A stretch of DNA of 64,000 nt from Tubulanus polymorphus. Taxonomy: Eukaryota > Animalia > Nemertea. The translations under genes and the position numbers were made by a program. The stretch's first letter is position 1; each line of letters begins with the position of its first letter. Positions 24,301-35,900 of this stretch are shown one piece after another. The notes beneath the pieces were generated by a model. That model ran no database searches and was not told the DNA's origin. It saw nothing but the letters and a program-made list of their open reading frames with translations. The stretch spans positions 4,402,001-4,466,000 of the forward strand of contig NC_134029.1 in the NCBI RefSeq assembly GCF_964204645.1, in the 5' to 3' direction.

Positions 24301-25207
24301 TGTGTCGAGACCTGTCGGAGTCTTCTGGCTATGATGGATGTATCCTTGAAAATATTTAGTGGAATTTTTGAAAAAATTGGCAAAAAACACCTCGCTAATA
24401 GGCCCGGGTTTTGCATTGACATTCATTTCCTTAAGACATTGCTGTAGAGCGATGGTTCCGGCCAACTTACATTTGACGAATTTACTATGATGAATACTGA
24501 ATTGCGCACGTGGCGGGTATGGACTTTATAAGAACAAACTCTTAGGATGAGTTTGTTGTGGAAAACGTATTCTTCGATATTCATAGAAACTGGGGTTGAT
24601 ATATAATATTATTATTCTGTTGTTATGAATAGATTTTCGTTTTTTTTGGTGGTTTTTAGTCGGTATTTCAGAAGTACGATCGCGACAACAACGGTTATAT
24701 AGATGTGTATGAATTGTGTAGAGCTTTCAAAGATATTGGTGAATTTCTACGTCATATTTCTTGCTAACTAGAATAGATATGTTTGATATGAATATTTCCA
24801 CTGTTCCTTTAGGTTTTCCATTATCAAAGAAGATTCTTGGACCACTGGTGAAGCGATACGGCGGTAAAAGCATGACCATGGGGTTAGAAGAGTTTGTATT
24901 GGCCACCACCAGGGTGCGCTGTATGTACGGTAAGTTAGAGCTTCCTGCCTGAAATTGATTTGCGACGGATTCATCAACAAGTCATTATTCGGTTTTCTGA
25001 GAATGTATTAATTATTGATTCCGTTTGTCAGGAGCGTTTATGACGTATGCGGATGGTGGCATCAGAGGAAAGGTCACTATGGATCTAGATCAGGTCAGTG
25101 CAAAGCTTAAGAGAAATTATTACCGAAAAATATTTTGAAATGTGTATATGGCCTATATATTTTTCTGATATTCATTTCAGTGGCTGGCAACTACAATATA
25201 TTGTTAG
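18305..25207 (+). CDS. Classical calpain (CysPc + C2-like + penta-EF-hand), ~676 aa, 20 coding exons
   Basis: Exons 18305-18460, 18994-19063, 19146-19253, 19438-19591, 20236-20413, 20946-21029, 21361-21449, 21585-21662, 21784-21877, 22253-22340, 22676-22824, 23388-23611, 23699-23729, 23974-24091, 24284-24339, 24448-24516, 24660-24738, 24813-24929, 25032-25093 and 25181-25207 sum to 2031 nt in frame. Catalytic motifs are QGELGDCW (Cys), GHAYSIT (His) and RLRNPWG (Asn). Also present: [30 protein letters not shown] and EF-hands [12 protein letters not shown] and [12 protein letters not shown]. Confidence 0.95.
19294..19387. mobile_element. 94-bp hAT-like MITE in a calpain intron
   Basis: TIRs cacaggggcgcgtagttgaagtttggg / cccaaacttcaattaccagcgcctgtg, flanked by a near-perfect 8-bp duplication atctagca / atctagga. 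Confidence 0.7.
20552..20915 (+). repeat. Copy of the ~400-bp dispersed repeat family (calpain intron)
   Basis: Begins ttttgacaccgtaaaa and ends ttcaaggcgtcaataaactt; aligns by eye with the copies at 1446, 40141 and 44100. Confidence 0.7.
23757..23871. mobile_element. Short inverted-repeat element whose arms contain a Pol III B-box-like motif
   Basis: Arms atcctccccggcagggtttcgaacttga / tcaggttcgaatcccagccgaggaaggat. A single related arm occurs at ~662-692. Confidence 0.6.
24340..24447 (+). other. U12-type (minor spliceosome) GT-AG intron in calpain
   Basis: 5' site GTATCCTT, branch-like TTTCCTTAAG at 24426-24435 close to the 3' TAG, and no polypyrimidine tract. Confidence 0.85.
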
Positions 25208-25552
25208 ATTAGAAAAATGAATGCGTGAATTGGAAGTTATGAAGTGAAGTGTAGTGGAGACAAGATGATATTTACCATATCAAATATGAAGTTCCGTAAT
25301 CAGGATAAAGCCATATATTAGCTTACCAATTAAAAACTGCAAGAACCAACTATATATGCTTGGTTTCTCTGATCAGACGCTACAAAAAGGGACATATCAA
25401 AAGCACACATAGGACATATCAAATCAACGAATGATACACCAGAACATCTGTTACATTTATATAGTAAAATTAGAGGGATTAAGAAATGCACCAGCTTGGT
25501 GTTTTAAAACGCTTTCATTTTATAAAATGATGATTTTTTGACAAAGCAATAA

Positions 25553-25625
25553 GCCTGCCTGGCGCAACGGATAGCGCGTCGGACTTCTAATCCGAAGGTT
25601 CTGGGTTCGAATCCCAGGGGAGGTG
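25553..25625 (+). tRNA. tRNA-Arg (anticodon TCT), intronless
   Basis: Cloverleaf: acceptor GCCTGCC/GGGAGGT (one G-G mismatch), D arm GCGC/GCGC, anticodon arm TCGGA-CTTCTAA-TCCGA, T arm CTGGG-TTCGAAT-CCCAG. TATAAAA lies ~30 nt upstream and a TTTT terminator at 25629-25632. Confidence 0.92.
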
Positions 25626-26141
25626 TTCTTTTGTATTGATTTTGAATACATTTGGTCACCAAGGTCATTGGACTAGAGGATGTCTTCCTTTGTACCGATT
25701 TCGAATACCGGAGACGTCTTTTCTGGTCGCCTAGGGCATTTGATAAAAAAACACATGTTTCTAGTAATATTCTTTTCATTGTTTTTAATATAGCTGTTAT
25801 GTATCTTACAAATAAAATTGATTGAATAGCAATCAAAACAGGTAATCATTTTCTTTTTGAATTCTATGTTGATGTGTTATAATACCATCTTTCGGGATGA
25901 ATGGGCTTTGAATGAATGCACTAGTCTTTTAACTAGTACTGCGTTTTTCAAAAATCAGGATTTGAAAACGAATGAGGGTAACGTACGTCAGAGAAAACAC
26001 CTTGCAAAATTCCTCGAGAAGTGGATGCGATTCCGAGCCGAATCAGACAACGACTGTCAGACAAGACTTTATACCCGCTCACTTCCGTGTCTATCGACCG
26101 GAAATGTATATCTGTATAGCAGGAAATCGATTCCGTCGACA

Positions 26142-28481
26142 ATGGCGGCTTCCGCAGAAGATTTTCTCCAAGTTGAACTTGGAAAGGATGACAAAAACAA
26201 AGTGATCATTCGTTTGAAAGTTAAGTATACGCCTCGTAGTCTCTAGTTCTGGTTACCTCCTTGATATATCTGGAAAGTGTAGCAATTGTTCAGTTTTGAA
26301 GACACACTTCAATGAAAGTTGAACCGCTGTAATCAGATCTATACCACTCAATTATTAGGTGCGACAGTTATTTCTTGGAAACTATTCGGAACAGAGATAT
26401 TATTCGTCAGGTTAGTGTATCTGATGATGAGACATCGTAACGCATTTGGTAAAACATTGTTTCCATTATACTCTATATCTTGTCGACATTGACTATGCTC
26501 AAATACCATTGAATCTGAGTCATACATCGAGGTTGTCTAATCGCAAAAAAAATTTTGATCGTTTTTTAATACATATCATCATATACATAACGCAGTTTTC
26601 TCGGCCCGTTTCCTAAAAACGAAATCAATCCATAATATTCGAAATAAGAAGTCAATTCGTCGAGAAACTTCTTTAGGTTAAAAATGAAATGAAACATCAA
26701 TGTTTTTTCTGATAGCGACGCGGCTTCATTCGACTCGGCAGACGTTCAGACGTGGAAACCAATACGAGGCGGTATCCCAATTGTATTTCGTAAGTCGAAT
26801 ATATCTTAGTTTGAATACGTAATTTTCTTGAGATCAAATTTGACCGGTTTTGTTAATGGCGAACCCTTTATTTGCATATGCTTTCATTTGCCTAATTTCT
26901 GGACAGCTTATTTCGGATCATCTGATATTGGTCCGCACCATGGATTCGCTCGCATCCACAGATGGTCCATACTGAAAGAACCGCACGAGGTACGTAAGCA
27001 GTATCGGTTACACACGCGTTTACAGTCATTGTGGCAGTTAATGAATTTTGCTGTGATTTTCAGGATGAAGACGGAAATCCGACAGTCGTGTTGTGTCTAG
27101 AGGACAACGAAATAACTCGCAAAATGTGGAATTTCAAGTAAGCATTCTGATAAACCGTACAAAGGTGTGAATCATTATAAGAGTTGATTATAATGCAATT
27201 ACTCATATTTGATTACTTCCGAATTGAATATATCTGATTCCTTCCATTTCGTATATATCATAAACATAGGTTTAGGTTGGAATACATGGTAAAACTTAAC
27301 GACCATGATCTGATCACGACACTCACCATCGTCAATACAGGTGAATATATGGGCCAAATACTTGAATAAATCGATCTGCTTTTTATACTGCTTAACTGAT
27401 GAACTAAATATCAAAGATAAGTTGCCACTTCACAAATAGGCCTTTTATTTCTCCTACTGTTGACTTTTAAAGAATTCTGGTGTTCATATTTGTAGATAAG
27501 AAGGATTTCGATTTTCAAGCGGTATTACATACGTATTTTGCGACAAGAGACGTGACCGGAAGTATGGTAAATAATTTACATGGGTTGACCTATATAGATA
27601 AGGTATGCAAGTGTATTTCATTTCTGCTCATTTTTTTCTGTTGAATTTATTCCTAGCTTGATTTTATCTGTTTCTATACAGGCTCGTAATAAAGAAACAC
27701 ACATTCAAAGTTTCGAACATCTCATGATAGCTGGCCACACGCACAAGTAAGCACAAAATAACGCCCCCTATTCGAGATGTTTTTAAAACTATAACGACAC
27801 ATCATCCAGCTGAGTGGTTGTTACTTTGGTTGTGCTTTGGTTCGTAGGGTTTACAAAGATGCACCGGATGAAGTGACCCTTCTCAATGTAGGACTTGATG
27901 GTGATACGGATATTGCCGTTAAGAAAGTGAACTTCCCCGATCTCGGTAAGGAGAACATTCCGACAAAGACCTGTTTACGTCCGTGATAGCTATAAGCTAA
28001 TAATACTATCTCAGGTGTCACACTATTCCTTCGACTCTTATATATATATATATGATATCGGCTTCATTCAAATTAGCGTCAGGTATTACCAGATTCGTGA
28101 GAACACCTATTCCACTAACGAGATGGTCTCGTAGGAGTTTCCTTTGAAATCACCGTCAGTAGCAATCCGCCCAAGAGCCGAGCTAACGAGATTTACTTGT
28201 CGCGATATACATTCATTTCGATTGAAACCAGACTTCACGTAATCCGCTCTCTCTCTCTCTCTCTCTCTCGATCGAATACACCGTTCTCTTTCATTCCAGT
28301 TGTTTGGAATCCATGGAAAGAGGTGGTCAAGGGAAAGGAAGATTTCGCCCATCACGAATACCCGTACATGATATCAGTTGAACCCGGGGTCGTTCACACC
28401 CCCGTCAAACTAACATCTGGCGAATCGTACACTGGCAGTCAAGTGATTTCAATAAACACCGCCCATTGGATGATGCATTAG
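26142..28481 (+). CDS. Glucose-6-phosphate 1-epimerase-like (aldose 1-epimerase family), ~294 aa, 10 exons
   Basis: Exons 26142-26220, 26359-26410, 26716-26789, 26907-26989, 27064-27137, 27270-27340, 27496-27602, 27682-27746, 27848-27945 and 28300-28481 total 885 nt. Motifs GATVISW, IRGGIPIVFP, HGFAR, LHTYF, GLTYIDK, VVWNPW and MISVEPG are present. The first donor is non-canonical (see findings). Confidence 0.9.
28246..28269. repeat. (CT)n microsatellite in the last epimerase intron
   Basis: ctctctct run; it yields the RERERER stretch in spurious ORF 28107-28355. Confidence 0.8.
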
Positions 28482-29298
28482 ACCATTGTTTTTTCGCGCC
28501 CTGAAAGCGACAACAAAATCCCTGCGAATCCCAGACATAATTCCTGGAATTACGTCTCCGGAGAAAGCCGTTTGAAATCCAACGCTTATATACTGATATC
28601 TTTTATAATCCTTATGATATATATCGGATCATAATCAGGAGTTTTTTTCTGGAGCAGGCTTATCCTTATAAAACTCATACGCGCATATTTCACCCTCTGA
28701 TCATCCAAGGTGTTCCCGTATTTTTGTGTACTCGTTTTCATGTGTGTATGATTTCTATATGCTTCCGCATATGACGTGATATTCCTTTTTGATAAAATAA
28801 TAAATGTCAGTGTGTCTCGGGCGCCTGGCCATAACACCACATATCTGTCTTTGCCTCAGTCTCTGGCCGCGTAAAAGCATTTATGTGAATACAAGCTCTT
28901 ATACTCTTTTCTTTTGCTTTTCGAGCGGTTTTTATTTGATCCACAAAATGCGTATTCATTTGAAATAATCTTCCAATGGTCGCAGAGGATGAAATATGGT
29001 ATTATCTCAACTTTATTTGGATGTTTGAATCGGGAGAAACCTCTGCCAGAGAACAGCGTTGTGTCATCACCAACTGTTCAATTATACATAAGCTTCGATA
29101 CTTCACAGATTCAATAGAAATGGATACGATACAGATGAAGTCATGGAAATCACTTTCCATCTTTAAATTATTCAGTTTCGATATCATCAAACATCGATCG
29201 ATACTCATTGTTCTTCTTCATCTGGAATTTGCTTTAATTCTTGACGTTGTACGTATATATACACTAGAAATGTTGAAGGAATCTTCAATTAGAAAATC

Positions 29299-29437
29299 AT
29301 CCCTGTGAAGCTGGCTACCGGTTCCCGGTTCCCGATTCAAAAACCATTTTGAATCGGGAGCCGAACCGGGAGCCCCGATTCAAAACCATTTTGAATCGGG
29401 AGCCGAACCGGGAACCAGTAGCCAGCTTCACAGGGGT
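29299..29437. mobile_element. 139-bp foldback MITE with 9-bp target duplication (Mutator-like)
   Basis: TIRs atccctgtgaagctggctaccggttcccgg / ccgggaaccagtagccagcttcacaggggt, flanked by TAGAAAATC at 29290-29298 and 29438-29446. The core contains two tandem cccgattcaaaa-ccattttgaatcggg hairpins. Confidence 0.85.
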
Positions 29438-29710
29438 TAGAAAATCTAGTAAGTCTTTACATTTCGTTTAGTATAGTCAAATATATCTTGATATCTTCAA
29501 TATCCATTGTCTTATGCTGTAACGATCTTATTTCATGTAGTGTCACGCTGCTTTTATATCGTTTCTAATAAAACAGAAAATGCTTAGCTTATCTTACAGC
29601 AGCGTCAATAGTTTAATGTTCTCATGGAATTGTGTCGGTGTCTTATCCTTTCAGGCATCTGATTATGAAACCGGAAATTCTCGTAATTTTTCAAACATGA
29701 GTTTCCCATA

Positions 29711-29746
29711 TGACGTCACCAAGGCAACTAGCCGCTACTATCAGTT
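29711..29746 (+). promoter_or_regulatory. Candidate core promoter (CRE TGACGTCA plus Inr TCAGTT) of the Cys-rich secreted protein gene
   Basis: TGACGTCA at 29711-29718 and TCAGTT at 29741-29746, followed by a CpG-rich 5'-UTR-like stretch leading to the ATG at 29931. Confidence 0.4.
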
Positions 29747-29930
29747 ACTGAATACTGCATCGTGACACATACTCCGGTGAAACTGCGCGCAACGCTGCCG
29801 CCGTTTGCTAGCGTTATCGATCAAGCGTTGAGAGAGAAAGAGAATTCTTACAGTAACGTCTGGAACGTCGAACGATCGGGCTTTTTTGTTGCGGTACCGC
29901 GTGCACGCAGCAAATCGGCAACTTTTTACG

Positions 29931-32900
29931 ATGGATATAGAATATTTTGGTGTTTTTGCTCTCATGCTAACTTTATATAACTACGCCGTGGATGCAAATA
30001 CAATCTCCAGAAGATCGTAAGTACACACATACGTTTTATAGAAATAATGTTAGCTACGTGCGCATCGGTTAAAAGGTTTCTACGGTTTATTTGAAGACTT
30101 AGGGATCCTCTTGTGTATATGACATCAAAGTGTGTCTCTCATAGAGAAGAAAGACACTGCAGTCGCCGTACTGTCGCTGTAAGACTGTAATTTCTTCTTT
30201 TCAATTGAAGCTATACATAGCTGCTTAATTCCGGCAACGTCCAAATGGTCTATAACTGCTAGATTGAAACATGATTGTCGTTTAAAGGCGTATAATGTAA
30301 TTGAAGTACAAACATAATATATATTTAGAAAAAATCGTTTCACATTTATCTATATGAATTTTGATTGAAAATCGCTCATACAATATCACAGAACAGTGTC
30401 CCCTGTGGGTTTTGCCTCCGTTGACATGGATCGGGCAGATGAGATGCATGCATTGATAATATTTCACTATATCCAAACACTGAGACTATTTATACACTGA
30501 AATAGACGTAAACAACGTAGCTATCGACATCACGAATTTGAATCATTTACAAAATGATGAGTAAGCAGTAATATCTGATTGTATAGCTGCATGCACGCGA
30601 GATGCATTTTAGTCACCTGAGCCGCTGTTAATAAAGGTTACTCATCTCCAGAGGCAAATCACGCTGCAGCAGTTATTTTCATCAGAATACTTTGTTTCTA
30701 TCAGCATTTTCATTCACAGATTCAACCGAGGTATAAAAAAAAACATATATCGGGCCTTGCGCAGAAATGTATCCACCAGTGGTGAGGGTTTTGTCTTGAG
30801 GTCTCTTAAGATTCGTTAAACGTATATCGGTTCGCCGTTAATAATTTACCACTAACATTGCGTACCGTTTCTTTGTCGTATTTCTGTTTCCCTTTCGCAC
30901 GTCTCTCGGTATTCGAAATTGGTGAGTATCCGACAGAGAGGGGATTTATCAATATTCTAATGATGTACGCTAATTGTCCACACAGCACATGGCGTGACCT
31001 CCAGTTATTGACCTCTTACCCGGTTGTCTATAATGACTCCACGTCCTTACACAGCAGCCGAAATATATAAGTTAATTGCTTGAATATACTGATATATACG
31101 GGCTGTAATTAAACCAGAGAAAATATAGCCATTAAAATAATCAATCAGAAATTAAATGCGTCCATGCGCTGTACACGTATCAGTAACGGCAGACCGCAAT
31201 TCGGGGTCAAATTGCAAGCATCAACGCAATTTAATCATATCGTAATTGTATCACGGTCATATTTCGGCAAAAGGCGAGTTCATCAATATATATGCATCAT
31301 TAATGTTTCTGCTCAATATCCTTGAACTATAAACTTACGATTTAGTAAAATATTTGTTGGGAGTATATTTTTCAAATATTGATTTTGACTATTTTTCCGC
31401 CGGCGAAAACTATACTCTAGATTTTGAAAATCGATGTCACACAATTTCGAGAGAATTATTTTCGTGGCAACAACGGAAACGACAACACGTTTTCAGTGCT
31501 TTGAATTCATCGATCGTTAATTACAGAATGCAATTAACACAATGGGCTAAAGATTAGATTAAAGCGGCTCAGGGAAAATCGTTTTTCAGAGTATTCGCGC
31601 AGCGCAAATTCGATATTAAGACTGACGTCTCGCATCAAACGGGGATTTAATAAATCATTTCCTGAAGAATGTTTTACCTGCATTTTATGCTTTTTGTATT
31701 TTCGAGTCAGCTGGTTATTGAATCTACCCCATCCGGTAATTTCCCCAGTTTTCATATTATCTCATAATGTTTCCCACGTCCGAACTATGAAATCTGGAAT
31801 GCTGTTATACCGCATTAATGTCAGAGAAATCTTTATTATCGAGGCCAGATTGATTGATGCGCAACAGTTGTATCGACTCAAACCGTTCGTTCAAACTGCT
31901 TCTAAGACCCCGAGTAACAGCTATTTGGGCCTTTACTTGAGTATGCTAAAATAGAAATGTATTGTGCATGATTCTTTTGTGATAGACTGAAATCTTTTTT
32001 TTTTTTCATTTGCATATTACAATAATGAATCGTTTCTAGGGGTGGGGCTCTTTGGCGGCAGTTTATTGGTTAGCGAACAGGCTGCCGTCTGAATAATGAT
32101 AAGTTGTTGTCGTTAGCGACTGAATACAGACGTATTCCAGTCGATATTATCGATTTTAATTTTCTGCTCAGATGTAAAATAATTGACCTGAGAATCAGGT
32201 ATATGTAGCAGCTATATGACTCACTATCTAAAATCCAAAACCTGGAACCTTATACTACGAACAAGTTCAGATTATCACTTGACCCAATCATCAATGAGAA
32301 TAACATTGAAATCTATGACGTTATCATGAGCATGATATTTGCGCATTGCTCTCCTGCCTTATAATCTCCTCCAGTAATCTCGATATACACATATATTCGC
32401 ACGAAGAAGACTGGGATGGATCAAGCATGTCCACGGGACAAAGAGCACTCATCAGCACCTATAACTAAGAAGGCCCGCAGGCAGGCGTCTGCGGTTGTCA
32501 CAAGATACGAACAGCAGACATTCATGCTACTGATGAAGAGAATGTGAAATAGATTTATCGTGGTTTATTTGTTCCGATGGTCATGAATGTAAATGTGCCT
32601 ATCTAGAATCTCTAGGTTTATGCAGAGTTCTTAAAACGTTGACTGCTAGGCACGAGTATACTCGAACTTCCGCTATTTTGAGTAGGAACTTCCGGTTTGC
32701 TGAGTAGGTTCCCGGGAGAAGGTGCCAGCTACGAGTATACTCGGAATTTCCCTACATTAGATATTACGAGCCGAAGTCTAGCATAGGAGAAGCTCCCGAA
32801 GGTACCCACCCATCACCCAAATAAAAAAAAATTTTAAAAAATTGCGCGGGAGTGACCTTGGTTAGAAGAATTGCATCTCACCGAAAAGTCCCATTTGACG

Positions 32901-35900
32901 GCCATTGTCAACAATGCGTATTCGTCGTGTCGTGTTGAACTTCTAATGGATTTGCATTTTACCCGGTATTTTATCGAAAAAAAAATCTCTTCAAATATCG
33001 CGACAAGAACCGCTGCTGATCATTAGTATTGATCTCTCGAAGCGCAGTATTTTAGATTTTTCCGGGCGCATCGGATTCCCATCGTAAAACAACTACTCGC
33101 TAACGAACCTTGATGTATACGATTGAACTATTGAATTATGTAAAGCTTATTTCTCCCAAGTTCAGCAGGAGACGAGCTTTGAAACAGTCATTAGAGTGGT
33201 TTGTTTTTTTTCTGCTTCTTCTTATCGCGCGGGTTGAGACGCGAATCTCGAATTTCCCCTGCCTCAAAGTCGGTGTATTAAATTAAATCGGAACGTGAAC
33301 TCGAGTAACGACTTCATGGTGCGTGCCACAATTTCCGATTCGACAGGGCTGGTTTAGAATGTATATATATAACAAGTTTTTTCAGCGGTTGAAAAACTTT
33401 CGATGCCCAAATCCGATAAGAAAGTTCTAGCGAGAATGATCTTCGTAAAGGCTAAGCAGTTTCGGGTCGATCTTTTTTTCTGGCGGATTATGGCTAGTTT
33501 TTTCCTGCGTTAAGACGCGGTGAGATGGACGGTAAAGAAGATCGGCGTACTGCTTACAACGATAAGTACAAGGGATGACTGAGGCGAACTGGATTATGAG
33601 TGCTATATGTATCATCACGGACGAATAAACGAGTCCATGATGGTAGAAGCCGTTCTTACCTTCGATGAACCCTACAATGTACATAATACGTAGTTTGCTT
33701 TTTTAATCTTAAAATAGGGAATTTTCGCATTTATTTCTTTAAATGATTGATTAATTTTGATTTGATTTGAGTTTTCTATCCCTTTATACAAACTCACCAC
33801 ACCTGCTGTGAACGAAACAATTAAGGGGTTTGATTTTGAATTCGGAAATTGAAGTACAGATATAGTTGGTTTTTACAATATGAGTACAATGCACTTTCCA
33901 TCAGGACGTCACATTGGCCTTCAAGCGAAGTAGAAAATTACAGATGACGTCCAGTGTGGCGTATGACCGCCTAGTCTGTTGTTTGCCAGTCAGTATTGGA
34001 GACTTGTCATACAAAAAGAGAGAATATGGTTATTTACAAATTTTGGGGATCTGTCGCGTAAATCTCGTATTGTATTCAATATGGCGTCGGATCGGGTGAA
34101 AAAAGCACATCTCTCAGAATCTCACGCACGGACAATGGATATATTTTCTATGATTTCAATGCGCTTGGGGAAAATTAAAACTACAGTCAGAAGCAGAATT
34201 CATAATTAGATTTGTTGTATCCAATTAGATTTATGATCATGCAGCACCACGTGGAAGGAACTCGTATGATATAGTGAGATGATATAGAATATGACATCAT
34301 TGTATTTCAGGAAATCCGGCAAATTAAAACCCGTATTTCTTTTTCACTTAACATTTCCTATTGGCATCATTTCAGTAAACCTGTTGCAGCCAGGAGGATT
34401 TCCAAGTTAAAAATACATCTCGTTCGTTTGCTATCATCGTTAATTATAATAATGAATCAGAGCTGTTCTGTTGTATGGGTGCGATGTATATTGCAGTTGA
34501 TCTGCAATAGTTTACAAACAGCTTAAACTGTATATACCCCCATTGGTGATAAACACTCGTACCCGAAGCGCTGTAGGTATATAGGCTTCTGTTGGTGGTA
34601 TAAATTAAATCTTTATGCCACAGATATAAAGAGGGTGGATCACAATCTAAGTTTATGATATTGATGCTTCAATTTGCGCGAACGCCTGTAGAATAACTCA
34701 GTACGCGCGACCAGATCTATCGTTTGTTGGGTAAAATTTGTCGCAGTGTATTTATAAAACGCGTTAGTGGCCTGAAGCAGTAGACAACTGAAAATCCATC
34801 GTATTTGTACGGAGTGACTTATTACGTGTTGATATTACGGGATGATTTGCACGCGTAGAGATAATCGAGGCAATACTTCAGATGGGGTGAATAAGAAATC
34901 GTATACATACAACACGATAAGATGGAAAAAGGTGACTTATTTATGTAATTAATCCCGCACTCGATGATTCAATTCTCACGAGTAAACAACTTACATAAGC
35001 CTTGTTCATTAGCCCAATTTTCGGGTCTACTTGTCGATGATGATCACCGAGCATATAACAATTATTTCTACTGCACGTGTGCACTAGACCGTGCTTAAGT
35101 AATGGGTAAACGTCGTCGCGATTAGCCACCGAACAGATTGAGGCAGACGCCGATGTGACAAGAGTACTGCCGACCGATCCATTCATTCATGAAATAAGAC
35201 GCACCTTTTATCTTAAGGCCGGCAACGTTACTGCGGCAATCGAGGATCATAACACTTGCAAGCACCGCTATAAATTCGCCAGCATTAACTGGATCGCGGT
35301 TTTCAATTCCCACTTTTCAATTTACATCGAACCAACTTCTGGAATCACAAATCGTTTAAGAATGAAAAGTATTCCACGTCAATCTTATTTTTTTTTTTGG
35401 TGGATGCATACGCCAAACATAAAATTCCGCTGTAAGGATGATTAGAAAGGACTGCTTTTTCACGTTGAAAACCGACTATAATATGATTCCCTTTGCGAGT
35501 TGCATGTATACCTCATTACCTTATAAAGGTGGTATCACGTTTGATTATTTATTGAAGTCATATTGTGTTTGAAGAATGAGGCAGAGGACACTTTTTTCTG
35601 TCAGGGGATGATATACTTGCAATAATTAACAGATGAAAGATGTTTTAAAAGTCACGCATCAAACAAGTCGTTATACGTGTGCTGATCCCGGAGGAGAAAA
35701 TACTGATATTTCTCGTTTGAGGGTTTTATATACTGCTGACGTTCGTACAAAAAAAAAGATGAATAATGTATAAATGACGCCACGACGAGATTTCGACGAG
35801 GACATGCGACATTTTCAGGCGTTGCCGTCATATCCGTGCGTTGATTGATGTGGAAAATAACGCTCCTCTCGTAGTGGTATCCGAGTGATAAAAAGCTCTA

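Noticed and set aside
24775-24796. agatatgtttgatat matches the first 15 nt of miR-190
   Set aside because: It lies in the 3' half of a 74-nt calpain intron with no downstream complementary arm, so it is probably an AT-rich coincidence.
25504-25836. 110-aa minus-strand ORF containing PLGFEPRTF
   Set aside because: It is an antisense translation of the tRNA gene.
26424-26519. ATGATGA...CTGA pair resembling a C/D snoRNA in an epimerase intron
   Set aside because: The terminal stem is poor and I could not identify an rRNA guide; a snoscan run would be needed.
30751-30800. ccttgcgcag...tgagggtt loosely resembling the U4 snRNA 5' end
   Set aside because: Identity is too low and the remaining U4 structure is not evident.
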